Positions 9,314 to 18,754 of a DNA stretch of 49,887 bases are shown here, piece after piece. The first letter of the stretch is position 1. Each line of letters begins with the position of its first letter. Where the stretch lies: NCBI GenBank assembly GCA_963721455.1, contig CAVRJG010000050.1:1-49887 (forward strand), written 5' to 3'. Below the pieces are notes generated by a model that worked only from the letters and a program-made list of their open reading frames with translations, was not told where the DNA came from and did no database searches. The position numbers and the translations under genes are program-made. This DNA is from an uncultured Methanosarcinaceae archaeon (GTDB taxonomy: Archaea; Halobacteriota; Methanosarcinia; Methanosarcinales; Methanosarcinaceae).

Positions 9314-10596
9314 TTTTTTCTCCTGATTCTTTTACAGGTTCTATCATGGCGGTAGAAGGTATCAGAGATGCGGCTGTGCTCCTGAACGGGCCTACAGGAT
9401 GCAAGTTATACCATGGTTTTCTCTCAGACAGACAATTTCCCAGAGAAAGTTCACATGACCCCCTGGCATTCCAGGATGAGTTCTATGTCGGGCAGCCTAG
9501 AGTTCCCTGCACCTGCTTGGATGGGGAAGACTACATTCAAGGTTCCCTTGAAAAATTTGAGAGAGCACTTACAACAATAGCAGCAAAGGAAAAAGGCTTA
9601 CTTGTGGTGATTAATTCCCCAGGAGCAAGCCTTTTGGGAGACGACCTGGAAGGTGTAATTAAAAAAGTAAGGATGCAGGACCGCTGTTTTGTGATAGAAA
9701 ATACAGGTTTTTCCCTTCCCGCAGCAACTGGCTTTGAAAATACTGCCCTTACCCTGCTCAAGCACCTGAATCTTCAGGCCTCCCATAATATAGGCTCTTC
9801 AAAAAAAGTGAATCTGATTGGGCTTTCCCTGCTCAATAAACACTGGGAAGGCTCAGTTACAGAAATGAAGCGGCTTCTGGCTTTTCTTAACCTGGAGGTA
9901 GGAACCGTTTTCCTTGCCGGAACTTCCCTCAACGAAATCCGGAAGTCAGGCGAAGCAGCCTGTAATATCGTTATTTTCCCCGAATACGGAAGAAGGATTG
10001 CAGAATGGTATAAAGAACATTTTGGGATCCCAGCTGTGTTTTCTCCTTTTGGGGCTCCCCTTGGGTTTGATGCGATTGAAAGCCTGCTGAGGGAAGTTGC
10101 AGCTGTTCTGGATATCAACCCTGCACCTGCCCTCGCAGAAGTCCATAAAGCCAGAAAGGTAAGTTATCAACAGATTTCGCGTTTCCATTCTTTCTCAGGG
10201 CTTCCCAAAGGAGCCAGTTTTTCAGTCAGGGCTGAAAGTTCCCTTGCCTATTCCCTTATACACTGGCTTTATTCTTACTTGGGAATGGCTCCTCTTGCAG
10301 TAAAACTACTTCCTGGAAGCGATCCTAAAGCAGCAGAAAATCTCAGAATATTTCTAGAAGAAAATGGTTTTTTTGAAGCATGGGATAAAGATCTTACCCT
10401 TGAATCGGTGGACATTGCCTTTGCAGATGGTCCTACTCTGCAACTTTTAAAAGCAAAGGAATGTTGCAAAACAGGCATTGAAATAACCATTCCTGAAGAG
10501 GGATACATCCACTTTCTCCCTAAGACATATCTGGGAGTTTCGGGTGCCCTCCTCCTTCTAGAAGAAATCATTAACGGATTACGCTCTAGCCAATAA
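9307..10596 (+). CDS. Nitrogenase component-1-like subunit (NifK/N-like)
   Basis: LLNGPTGC, ASLLGDDL, VNLIG, P.GFD; overlaps the upstream stop codon. Confidence 0.85.
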   Translation: MLIFSPDSFTGSIMAVEGIRDAAVLLNGPTGCKLYHGFLSDRQFPRESSHDPLAFQDEFYVGQPRVPCTCLDGEDYIQGSLEKFERALTTIAAKEKGLLVVINSPGASLLGDDLEGVIKKVRMQDRCFVIENTGFSLPAATGFENTALTLLKHLNLQASHNIGSSKKVNLIGLSLLNKHWEGSVTEMKRLLAFLNLEVGTVFLAGTSLNEIRKSGEAACNIVIFPEYGRRIAEWYKEHFGIPAVFSPFGAPLGFDAIESLLREVAAVLDINPAPALAEVHKARKVSYQQISRFHSFSGLPKGASFSVRAESSLAYSLIHWLYSYLGMAPLAVKLLPGSDPKAAENLRIFLEENGFFEAWDKDLTLESVDIAFADGPTLQLLKAKECCKTGIEITIPEEGYIHFLPKTYLGVSGALLLLEEIINGLRSSQ

Positions 10597-10620
10597 CCTT
10601 CTATAAGGGGTAGAGCTAGG

Positions 10621-10742
10621 GTTCATGTCCACAGACCTTCTGCAATAGCACTCAATGAAACTCCCAAGGAATTCCATATTTCCACTGGACGATGTCAGAA
10701 GATTTAAATCAAATTTACTGCAGAAGGTCTGTGGACATGAAC
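10621..10742. mobile_element. MITE, 122 bp, long TIR gttcatgtccacagaccttctgca (copy 1)
   Basis: 24-bp inverted repeats; near-identical copy at 31201-31322. Confidence 0.85.
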
Positions 10743-10754
10743 ATTAACTTCTTC

Positions 10755-11083
10755 GGTTCCGTTGCAAATAATTATAAAAGAGTTATTAAATCTAATTTTT
10801 CAGGATATTTTAATCCGAACGTTGTATGCTAAGACGTTCGGTTTTTTGTTCATTTTATTAATATCATTTTTGTGTAAAAATATAATTGTGATTTCATGTT
10901 TGCACGCGGCCTTCCTGTATGTGGTTTCTGTGGATGAAGATAAGGTTCTATGGTTTTCCATTGGCGTCATCGATTTCACGAAAATACATAAAAGTAAATT
11001 TATAATTTCGACGTAATATTACTTTTGGGATAGGAAGGTTTTCAACGATTTTGTAAAATGTTCTAATTTTTTGCAACGGAACC
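10755..11083. mobile_element. Non-autonomous IS6-ended MITE
   Basis: ggttccgttgcaaa ... tttgcaacggaacc ends; no transposase inside. Confidence 0.85.
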
Positions 11084-11309
11084 GCATTTATAGCGTGCTT
11101 GACCTTTTTGCGACTTAAATCATATTAATGGACAGAAAGATCAAATTGTTGTAATATACATATGCTCCAACTGTTACTGTCAATAAAAGTAAGACTACAA
11201 CCAGAATAGCCCTTCTTTTTTTCTTTTCGTTGGCTATTTGTTTATCAATGGATTTCTGTTCGTCCAGTTATTATACCCCCATATTACGTATTAAGCTACA
11301 TTTTATTTA

Positions 11310-11441
11310 AAGAACCTATACCAAAACTCAAAATTACTTCTTTTAGTCATGAATTCGGAGTAATTAAAGAATTTCTGATCATGGAAAATAGTTCTAAAAT
11401 TCTTATCGATTTGAGGTTAAAATTGGTTTTGGGATGAGCCC
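11310..11441. mobile_element. Degenerate MITE
   Basis: Imperfect IR gaacctataccaaaac ... gttttgggatgagcc; similar right end near 45875-45895. Confidence 0.5.
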
Positions 11442-12148
11442 AGCAAAAAATAACCATTCGTAGCATAATTTTATTTCTCAGAGAATGTATATATTTTTGA
11501 CATTCAACCGTACGGTTATCGATAGTAAAAATACTGTTGTCGAAATATCAAGGCTATTGATGGCGTTTTCTTAAAACCGTTCTATAGTCTATGGAATGAT
11601 TATTAACCCAAACACATAGGCACGTTTAACCGATCGCTTTTTTATTTGTTGAGTTAACAAAATTGACAAATATACTGAATTTTCATTTATAGTTGGTATT
11701 ATATTATTGTGCAAAAATAGAATGTTAAGTTAGAAGATTGTGTTACTTTTGATAAGATATTGGCATAACATCTGCGTATCTGATATAAAGGAAAAAATTG
11801 AAGAAAAATTCAAAAAAGTGTACTGTCATATTATAGAAGTTTTGTATTTAGTTCCATGATTATTATAAAATGATATAATTTTAAAGGTTATTTTGTATTC
11901 CTCGTAGTTTTGGATTTTTAATTTTATAATTTCAAAAAGGAATTGATTTTTTAAAAATAAGTGGAATCTTTGAACTAATCCGAAAATACAAATTAGTGAA
12001 ACTCCACAACGAAATATAGGCTTATTTTAAGGCTCTCTATTGATTTTTTGACAAAGGGCACGACTAAATACATCAAGCATGTTTTAAAAGTCTCTTAAAT
12101 GGGCTTAGAATCGTTGCGCCTACTGATAACGTTTTTATTATTGCATTA

Positions 12149-12196
12149 CTATAAGGAACGCCATATAGTTAATTATATACTTGGAACGCCTTATAG
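12149..12196 (+). promoter_or_regulatory. TATA box flanked by two palindromic operator-like sites
   Basis: ctataagg-aacg-ccatatag (12149-12168) and atacttgg-aacg-ccttatag (12177-12196) around ttatata, ~30 bp before the ATG at 12229. Confidence 0.55.
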
Positions 12197-12228
12197 TATA
12201 TGCAGTAAGATAAAAGGAGCACAACACA

Positions 12229-12489
12229 ATGAGCGTTTTCAACCAGACCAAAGCAGCACAGAAAGCCTGGCAATATCGCCACTATGGAAGAGATGTTAAA
12301 TTCTTGAACTTCGAAGACTGGTTTACCTGGACAACCGAGAAAATCAGATCCAGAGGCGCAAAGGTAGAAATCATTTGTAAAATTGTTTTCATTACCTGGC
12401 CTGGACAACCTGTAACAAGCTTTTCAATGCTGGACTTCAAAGCTGAATACGAAAACGTTTATAAAAAGGGAAAGCGGGCAACCGCTTAA
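12229..12489 (+). CDS. Small hypothetical protein (mobile element)
   Basis: AGGAG RBS, 86-aa ORF, first of a co-oriented series. Confidence 0.65.
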   Translation: MSVFNQTKAAQKAWQYRHYGRDVKFLNFEDWFTWTTEKIRSRGAKVEIICKIVFITWPGQPVTSFSMLDFKAEYENVYKKGKRATA

Positions 12490-12541
12490 ACTGCTTTTTC
12501 GAAACTCTCTTTTTGTTGCTCCTTAAAGGAAGGTGTCGAAC

Positions 12542-12750
12542 ATGGCTAAACTTAAAGCAACTTTCGAAGGACAGACTTTAAAAGGTCAACTGATAGAACA
12601 TATACACACGTTGTTATTATCAAGAACGCGGGCGAAGCCTGGAAAGCTGTTTCCTGGGCGGGAAGTCTTGCACTTGCACAGAAGAGAATAAGCGAATTCC
12701 TGAGATCTGGCAGGGAAATAAAAATAATTCCGGTGGATGTAGGGGTTTAA
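12542..12750 (+). pseudogene. Small phage/plasmid-type protein with a 1-nt frameshift
   Basis: Adding one T at ~12577 gives MAKLKATFEGQTFKRSTDRTYTHVVIIKNAGEAWKAVSWAGSLALAQKRISEF...; RBS aggtg upstream. Confidence 0.55.
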
Positions 12751-12910
12751 TATCCCTTATTACTTTTTTGGTGAATATGAGACACAAAAATATTATCTGT
12801 CCTTATTGTAAGGCAGTATTGACGAGATACAAGAAACTGAAAACACATATTGAAGAAGATCATCCCGGGGAAGATGTCCCTGGATGGGTAATAAAAGAGG
12901 CTGAAAAATA

Positions 12911-13240
12911 ATGACTGAACCAAAACGAAGACAGGGACAGAAGAAGGCCAACGGCAAAACGGCAATACCTAAACCTGTATGTCCGAAATGCGGCGAAATA
13001 TGCGTTAGATCATACACCAGAGGAAACGAAGAACGGAAGCGGGCTTATATCGGCTCTGGCTGGATGTGTCCCTCTGCTACATGTGATTACCTTACTAAAG
13101 ATTTTGTCGAGATGAAAGACGAGGCAGCGGAGGACACAGATAAGGCAGAGAAAATAAAGAAACTAACGGCTGAGTTCGTTAAAACACATGAACGTCTCAA
13201 CGAGCTTGCAGAACTGATACACGAATTAGAAACAGAGTAA
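12911..13240 (+). CDS. Zn-ribbon plus coiled-coil small protein
   Basis: CPKC...CPSATC and C-terminal heptad helix; gagg RBS. Confidence 0.7.
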   Translation: MTEPKRRQGQKKANGKTAIPKPVCPKCGEICVRSYTRGNEERKRAYIGSGWMCPSATCDYLTKDFVEMKDEAAEDTDKAEKIKKLTAEFVKTHERLNELAELIHELETE

Positions 13241-13255
13241 TTTTTCCTTTTTTCG

Positions 13256-13332
13256 TTCCTTTTTGCGTCAACTATTAGCTCCGGTACTGCGCCGGTCTGA
13301 CCTGCAAATAGGTTATAATCAATAGTTAACGG
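13256..13332 (+). repeat. Intergenic ~76-bp repeated element, copy 1
   Basis: Aligns with 14066-14141. Confidence 0.75.
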
Positions 13333-13767
13333 CTTTTCCTGATTGGAGAATAAAACAAGTGTTTAGGGGCTTGCACAAGGTATAGATATGAAACGACATT
13401 ATGTGGACACAGTAGTTTCTTGCACAAGCCCGATGGATGATAAAAGGGGATACTTGAAAAACTTTTCTTTTTGGCTTGGTAATTCAGTTGGTTTACCGTC
13501 CTCTACAGGGCTGGAAATGCAGGAAAAGAAGTTACAATTATTGTACATGGAGATAAGAAGGACGATGAAGAAGAAAACGAAACTGCTTAAAAACACAATA
13601 AAACCCTTCACTGTTACGTTTTGGGCTGTTGTGGTTGTTGTTATGGCTGCTTTCGGGCTGCTATTAAGACGAAAGAAGGTAACCTGATAATCGGGAAAAA
13701 AGAAAAGGCAGGAAAACTTAACATGCTGGTAGAACGAATTAAAGAGTTAAAAGGGGGAGTGGAATGT

Positions 13768-14049
13768 ATGACTAAAATGACTCTAATCGAAGCACTTGAA
13801 AAACTCGCATTAATCAAAAAAAACGGACTCGATACACTGATCCAGATTCAGGATAGTGAAAATGAACCTATTACAATTATTGAGGCAATTGAAGTTATTA
13901 GGAACGATGCTATAGACATTTATGAAGCTGATAATTATGTCATAAGCGGCGACGGAATCCAGAAAGTAGGGGATGACGGATATCTAGGCGATATTGTATA
14001 TCGAGTTAAAGACGAAACAGAACCGATCAATGAAATGGAAAACGATTAA
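13768..14049 (+). CDS. Small acidic hypothetical protein
   Basis: ggggag RBS before the ATG at 13768; followed by T-rich terminator. Confidence 0.65.
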   Translation: MTKMTLIEALEKLALIKKNGLDTLIQIQDSENEPITIIEAIEVIRNDAIDIYEADNYVISGDGIQKVGDDGYLGDIVYRVKDETEPINEMEND

Positions 14050-14065
14050 TTCACTTTTCTTTTTT

Positions 14066-14141
14066 TTCCTTTTTGCGCCTCCATCCGCTCCGGGTCCGCG
14101 CAGGCCTGGCCGGATAACATGCTATAATCAATAAGTAAAGG
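14066..14141 (+). repeat. Intergenic ~76-bp repeated element, copy 2
   Basis: Aligns with 13256-13332; cut off by an IS6-type end at 14142. Confidence 0.75.
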
Positions 14142-14350
14142 GATTCCGTTGCAAAAAATATTTCTGCAATTTGACACTATAATTTTCACCGTTATGTATC
14201 ATTTTCTCCTGAATGAAAATAATTAACTTTCCGAATTGTGGTGGTTTTTACTGATTTTGTGAAAAAGCCAGATTTTTTGCAACGGAACCTTATCTTTGGT
14301 TTTCTTTTTATTCTGTTGTATCATTAGAAAGGATTTTTTGCAATGGAACC
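14142..14350. mobile_element. IS6-ended MITE (14142-14289) plus a second right end (to 14350)
   Basis: gattccgttgcaaaaaa ... ttttttgcaacggaacc; extra ttttttgcaatggaacc. Confidence 0.8.
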
Positions 14351-14403
14351 AATTTGAGAACCACTCCTCTATTACGGTTTTCAGTAACTGATCGCTATGA
14401 CCC

Positions 14404-15153
14404 TTATTTCCAGGCCTTCAGTTTCAAGCTCTCCACAGGCAGGCATCCACACCGCCTTTCGCTTATATCTAAATCTTCAGATAAAATTTCAACTGAAAAT
14501 CCGGCTTTTTCCAAAAGTCTGAGATACTCTTCTTTTAATAACGCACCTGCAATACAGCCTGCCAGCATGTCTTTGTCGTTTTTCAGGTCTTCAGGAAGCT
14601 CGGCCAGAAGAACCATGTCTGAAATGTACATCCTTCCCTTTGGCTTCAGGACCCGAAAGGCTTCACCGAATACTTTTTCCTTATCCGGTGCCAGGTTAAT
14701 TACGCAGTTGCTTATAATGGCATCCACTGATCTATCTTCAACCGGAAGGGCTTCAATATCCCCAAAGCGGAACTCAACATTTGAATATTCGTATTTAAGG
14801 GCATTAGCCCGTGCTTTTTCAAGCATCTCAGGAGTCATGTCAACTCCGATTACCTTTCCAGAACTCCCCACTTTTTGAGCTGCAAGAAAACAGTCAAAAC
14901 CTGCGCCTGAGCCTAGATCAAGGACAACATTACCGAATTTCAGTTCCGCAAAAGCTGTAGGATTACCGCACCCCAGACCCATGTTTGCGTCCGGAACAGA
15001 CATAATTTGATCCCCGGTATAGCCAACAGATTTCGAAGCATCAACTACACTTGACTCTTCACAACATGTGCTGCTGCAACAACAGGAGCCTCCTGCCATT
15101 GCAATTTCACCATATCTCTTTTTAATGATTTCTTTTTTTTCACTGGAATCCAT
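14404..15153 (-). CDS. arsM: Arsenite S-adenosylmethionine methyltransferase
   Basis: [34 protein letters not shown]-terminal Cys cluster. Confidence 0.93.
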   Translation of the reverse strand: MDSSEKKEIIKKRYGEIAMAGGSCCCSSTCCEESSVVDASKSVGYTGDQIMSVPDANMGLGCGNPTAFAELKFGNVVLDLGSGAGFDCFLAAQKVGSSGKVIGVDMTPEMLEKARANALKYEYSNVEFRFGDIEALPVEDRSVDAIISNCVINLAPDKEKVFGEAFRVLKPKGRMYISDMVLLAELPEDLKNDKDMLAGCIAGALLKEEYLRLLEKAGFSVEILSEDLDISERRCGCLPVESLKLKAWK

Positions 15154-15168
15154 TCTTTCACCTGATCC

Positions 15169-15519
15169 TTACCTTTTTTCTTTACCTTCTTTTTTGCTTT
15201 CGGTTTCATCCTTGCAACAAACCCGGAAATTTTCCGGACCACTGCAGCAGGGCTTTAATTTCCCAATTCCAAGGACAAGAAGAATTTCCCTGGTCTCTTC
15301 ATCCTTTATGCTGTATATTACATTTCGTCCCCGCTTTTCATACTTTAAGACACCTGCCTCAACAAGCACTTTCAGGTGCTTTGAAACAGTTGTCTGGTCC
15401 TTTTCCGTAAGGGGGGTAAAATCACAGGCACAGTAACTGTGCTCCAGCAGGTAGGAGAGAACAGTAAGCCTGGTTTCGTCTCCGAGAGCTCTGAAAAATT
15501 TCGCTTTATTTTCGAGCAT
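15169..15519 (-). CDS. arsR: ArsR/SmtB family transcriptional repressor
   Basis: FRALGDETRL, CACD, Q.TVSKHLKVL; C-terminal CC pairs; upstream of arsM. Confidence 0.88.
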   Translation of the reverse strand: MLENKAKFFRALGDETRLTVLSYLLEHSYCACDFTPLTEKDQTTVSKHLKVLVEAGVLKYEKRGRNVIYSIKDEETREILLVLGIGKLKPCCSGPENFRVCCKDETESKKEGKEKR

Positions 15520-15521
15520 AT

Positions 15522-15553
15522 TTATATGCACATATGCGCCTATATGCATATAA
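15522..15553. promoter_or_regulatory. Putative ArsR operator
   Basis: Imperfect palindrome ttatatgcacata-tgcgcc-tatatgcatataa directly before the arsR start. Confidence 0.65.
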
Positions 15554-16071
15554 AGCTTATGAAAAAAAGAATGAAGGCAGTGTATCAAAAGTTCTGTAAA
15601 ATCTGAATTACTCAGCATTATTTTTTTCGCAAAAAACAGATTTATAGCCTTTACGATCGCAAGGTTTTACGACAAAACCTGATGGTTAGAGTTTACCCCA
15701 ATCTACTTGCACGTTGGGGTAAAGGCCTTCAAAAAGCTCTCAAAATCAGTCAAATAAACAAAAAATTGACCAAGAATCCAGGAACTCGAACAAATCAAAC
15801 ACAGAGGAGTTAATTTTAACCCTTCACTCTTAGCCCATCCCTGAAAGTGCACACAATCCAAGCTGCCTATCCTTTTTCGGTCTTCTCTCTTAATCATAAT
15901 AAGTAATTTGGGGATCATGGTCTTTTGCAATCTATGAAGGTCTGGAAGATATAAGAAAAGGTAGAAGGCAACTTATCAATAGCTCATAGTATTTTGGATC
16001 CCCCGAATTTAAATGAACATGAATATCAGATTTTGTAGAAAAACTCTCTAAATTTTTAGACTGCCTATAAA

Positions 16072-16368
16072 TCAGGAAAGGGAAATTTCCTCTTTTTTCC
16101 TTGCTACCTGCTCGATTTCTTTTCCTCTTAACTCCCATACCTGATCCAAGCACCATCTCAGGGCTTCGGAATCGAGATCCGTTCCTAGAGCAATCTTGAT
16201 TTTCTCAAGATTTTCATTCTGCTTTTGCGAGATTTTGAGCCCTTTCTGGATTGTATACCTCTCCTGACTCTGCTTACTTGATTCTTTTGAGAAGAACTTT
16301 CCTATTGTTTTTTCTGGTGTTTCGGATTTTTCGGATTTTTTCAAGCTTGTTTCTCCCATTCCTGCCAT
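16072..16368 (-). CDS. Small ParA partner, predicted ribbon-helix-helix centromere-binding protein
   Basis: Starts 2 nt after the parA stop; low-complexity N-tail then QKGLKISQKQNENLEKIKIALGTDLDSEALRWCLD (beta-alpha-alpha pattern). Confidence 0.65.
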   Translation of the reverse strand: MAGMGETSLKKSEKSETPEKTIGKFFSKESSKQSQERYTIQKGLKISQKQNENLEKIKIALGTDLDSEALRWCLDQVWELRGKEIEQVARKKEEISLS

Positions 16369-16370
16369 TT

Positions 16371-17141
16371 TCACGCCTCCCACCATGACAACAGTTCTTC
16401 AGTCAATTGTTTATAGGCCTGTGCCCCTTTGCTGTCAGGATCATAGGAAAATATTGCCTGATTGTATGAAGGAGCCTCATCTAGCCGGATATTTTGAGGA
16501 ATTGTAGTGCTCAGAACCCGTTCTCCGAACACCTCCGTAACCTTCTTTTTGATGTCTCTATTAATTAAGAGATGGTCATCGTACATTGTAAGCAGAACCG
16601 ATCCTATTTTCAGATGTGGATTTACATTTTCCCTGACACTCTCAATAACATCAAGGAACTGCTGGATGCCTTCCAGAGAATAAAACCCCTTTACTGGAAT
16701 AAGCAATTCATCCGCAGCAGAGAGAGCATTTATTACTATGGATCCAAGTAAGGGGGGCGTGTCGATAATTATATAGTCGTATTGTTTTGCGAAGTCGCAT
16801 TTAAGAGCTTTCTGGAGAAGGCGTTCTCTTCCTATTTTTGAAGTGATTTCCAGCTCAACGGTTGCCAGATCCATAGTAGCAGGAACTATATCCAATCCCA
16901 GAACAACCGAAGGATATGTTGCATCCTGCAATGTTCCCTGAAAATACAAAGATCTGGCACTGTTAAGGATTACAGTACTCTTTGGTAACAATGCAATTGT
17001 GGCATTGGCCTGCGGATCATTATCAATCAGTAGGACTCTTTTGCCTGCCATAGCTAGCCCTGCTGACAAATTTACAGCAGTTGTGGTTTTGCCTACCCCC
17101 CCTTTCCAGAGGCTAACGCATACGATTTTTGGTTTTGACAC
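16371..17141 (-). CDS. parA: ParA/Soj Walker-type partition ATPase
   Basis: KGGVGKTT, LIDNDPQAN, IIIDTPP, L.EAPS motifs; no N-terminal HTH. Confidence 0.92.
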   Translation of the reverse strand: MSKPKIVCVSLWKGGVGKTTTAVNLSAGLAMAGKRVLLIDNDPQANATIALLPKSTVILNSARSLYFQGTLQDATYPSVVLGLDIVPATMDLATVELEITSKIGRERLLQKALKCDFAKQYDYIIIDTPPLLGSIVINALSAADELLIPVKGFYSLEGIQQFLDVIESVRENVNPHLKIGSVLLTMYDDHLLINRDIKKKVTEVFGERVLSTTIPQNIRLDEAPSYNQAIFSYDPDSKGAQAYKQLTEELLSWWEA

Positions 17142-17160
17142 TCTAACGCTTCCTATTCAG

Positions 17161-17360
17161 TTTTCAGGCTATTCAGTTTTCAGGATATCCCATTTTCAAG
17201 ATACTTAGTTTTTAAGATACTTAGTTTTTAAGATATTTAGTTTTTAAGATACTTGGTTTTTAAGATATTTAGTTTTTAAAATATCTAACTTTTAAGATAT
17301 CTAGTTTAGGATATCTAATTTTTAAGATTTTTGATTTTCAGGATATCTAGTTTTCAAGAT
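17161..17360. repeat. ~12-13 tandem 16-bp repeats (consensus TTTTTAAGATATCTAG), putative centromere/operator
   Basis: Direct reading: ttttcaagatacttag, tttttaagatacttag, tttttaagatatttag ...; begins ~20 bp upstream of parA. Confidence 0.85.
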
Positions 17361-17681
17361 GAAAGGATCTCCTAACATAGAAGGAGAATCCTTATCTTAT
17401 GGCATTGTACATGGAAAATCAGCGTAGAAGAACTTCCTAAATTATCAATAATATCTTGAAAATAAGGGAAACCAGGAAGAAAAAGAAGCATACGAGCAAA
17501 TGAACACTGGATTTTGACTACTCCGATATAACGAAAGCATTGGCGTGAACATACCCCGTTGATTGTAGCAGGTTGTTATTTCCTCACTTAACCACAGACG
17601 CATGGATTGCTGTTTGGATTCAGTGGTTCAAACCCTCATGGTGCTGATTTTTATTGGAAAAAATCCCAAATCTTGACCATT

Positions 17682-17740
17682 TTCAATGTAATAAACTGTA
17701 ATAAACTCACAGGATTCAATGTAATAGACTGTAATAAACT
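17682..17740. repeat. 33-bp tandem duplication built from tgtaataaac units
   Basis: ttcaatgtaataaactgtaataaact repeated with one mismatch. Confidence 0.7.
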
Positions 17741-17908
17741 GTGTCAAAAACTGTGCCTTTTTTGGTCGAAAACAGATGAGAAAATATATATTATATACTA
17801 GAGATTCAGATCATATTGCAGCTCAACAATAAAAAATTTGTAGTATCCAGGTCACATCTAAGAACTTTTAACAGTTATATATATGCCGAGAACACTCTAA
17901 CTTTTGCA

Positions 17909-18394
17909 ATGGATCTTCGGAAATCAGCCCTCTATTTTGTAGCCATTCTTGTGCTGCTTAATGGAATGACTGGCGGCACTGTCCTTGATAGCACACTCAG
18001 TACGCTGACCTCCGAAGATAAGGCTGCATTTCGCTCCTAGATCTACTGCATTGTGGGGCTTCTAATCTATACTCCTGTTCGAGAAGTCTGGGATTTCCAG
18101 CTCCCATGTCCATCATTCAGCGACCTAACGCTCTCGGCTGCCATTACAAGTGTGCTAATTTTCATGCTGCATATCACAGGACATACTCAGGGCTGGAAAA
18201 GGGTAATCGAAATATTCGTTGTGGTCTGGATACTTTTCAAAATCTTCGGGCTTTTCCTGATTTATTATTCCGGTGACACCTGCATTATTCGCCTGACCGA
18301 TAGTGCAGGTATATACAACGGAATCTACCAGCTTTTAGCCCTGCTAGGCTTCGGTGTAATTTACAGGATTGCAAACATGGCGAGAAATTCGTAA
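17909..18394 (+). pseudogene. Multi-pass membrane protein interrupted by an in-frame TAG (18038-18040)
   Basis: ORFs 17816-18040 and 18053-18394 share a frame; hydrophobic helices on both sides. Confidence 0.6.
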
Positions 18395-18754
18395 TCTGGC
18401 TGTCCTGTCACTTAGATTCAACGTTTTTCAGAGTATTTTCACCGGAGACCCACCTTCCTTGAATGCCACCAGATGCTACCTGAGAGCTTGTCTGTTACAT
18501 GAACTCCTGTGTGTAGTAGGTAGTGTTTACTCGCGTACTGAACGTCCTTAGAACGGCTCTAATGAAGCAGTCGTGGTTTGATGAGCTGACTACATAGTTA
18601 GCCTTTGTAACTGTAAGTTCGAGTTTGAATATATTTAGAGGCATGACTGGAAACGGTAGCAGAAGCCGTTGTTTTTATTTTGAGCTGATTTTTGAGGCAT
18701 TGAAACGCAAAGATAACACTGGAAATGATGAAGCGCAGGCACCTTTTTTCTGTC

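Noticed and set aside
6992-10596. Functional nitrogen-fixation cluster
   Set aside because: FeMo-co ligand not evident, P-cluster Cys set incomplete, no nifB/E/N or nifI genes
10762-11016. 84-aa hydrophobic ORF
   Set aside because: Lies within an AT-rich IS6-ended MITE and starts in the IR
11450-12100. Long AT-rich gap as possible RNA gene
   Set aside because: No tRNA/rRNA-like or stable structure recognised
13388-13687. 99-aa ORF with a TM + RRKK tail resembling a sorting signal
   Set aside because: No PGF motif or signal peptide; appears to be a decayed, frameshifted remnant
17161-17360. Possible CRISPR or coding repeat
   Set aside because: 16-bp head-to-tail units without spacers; stops in the frames
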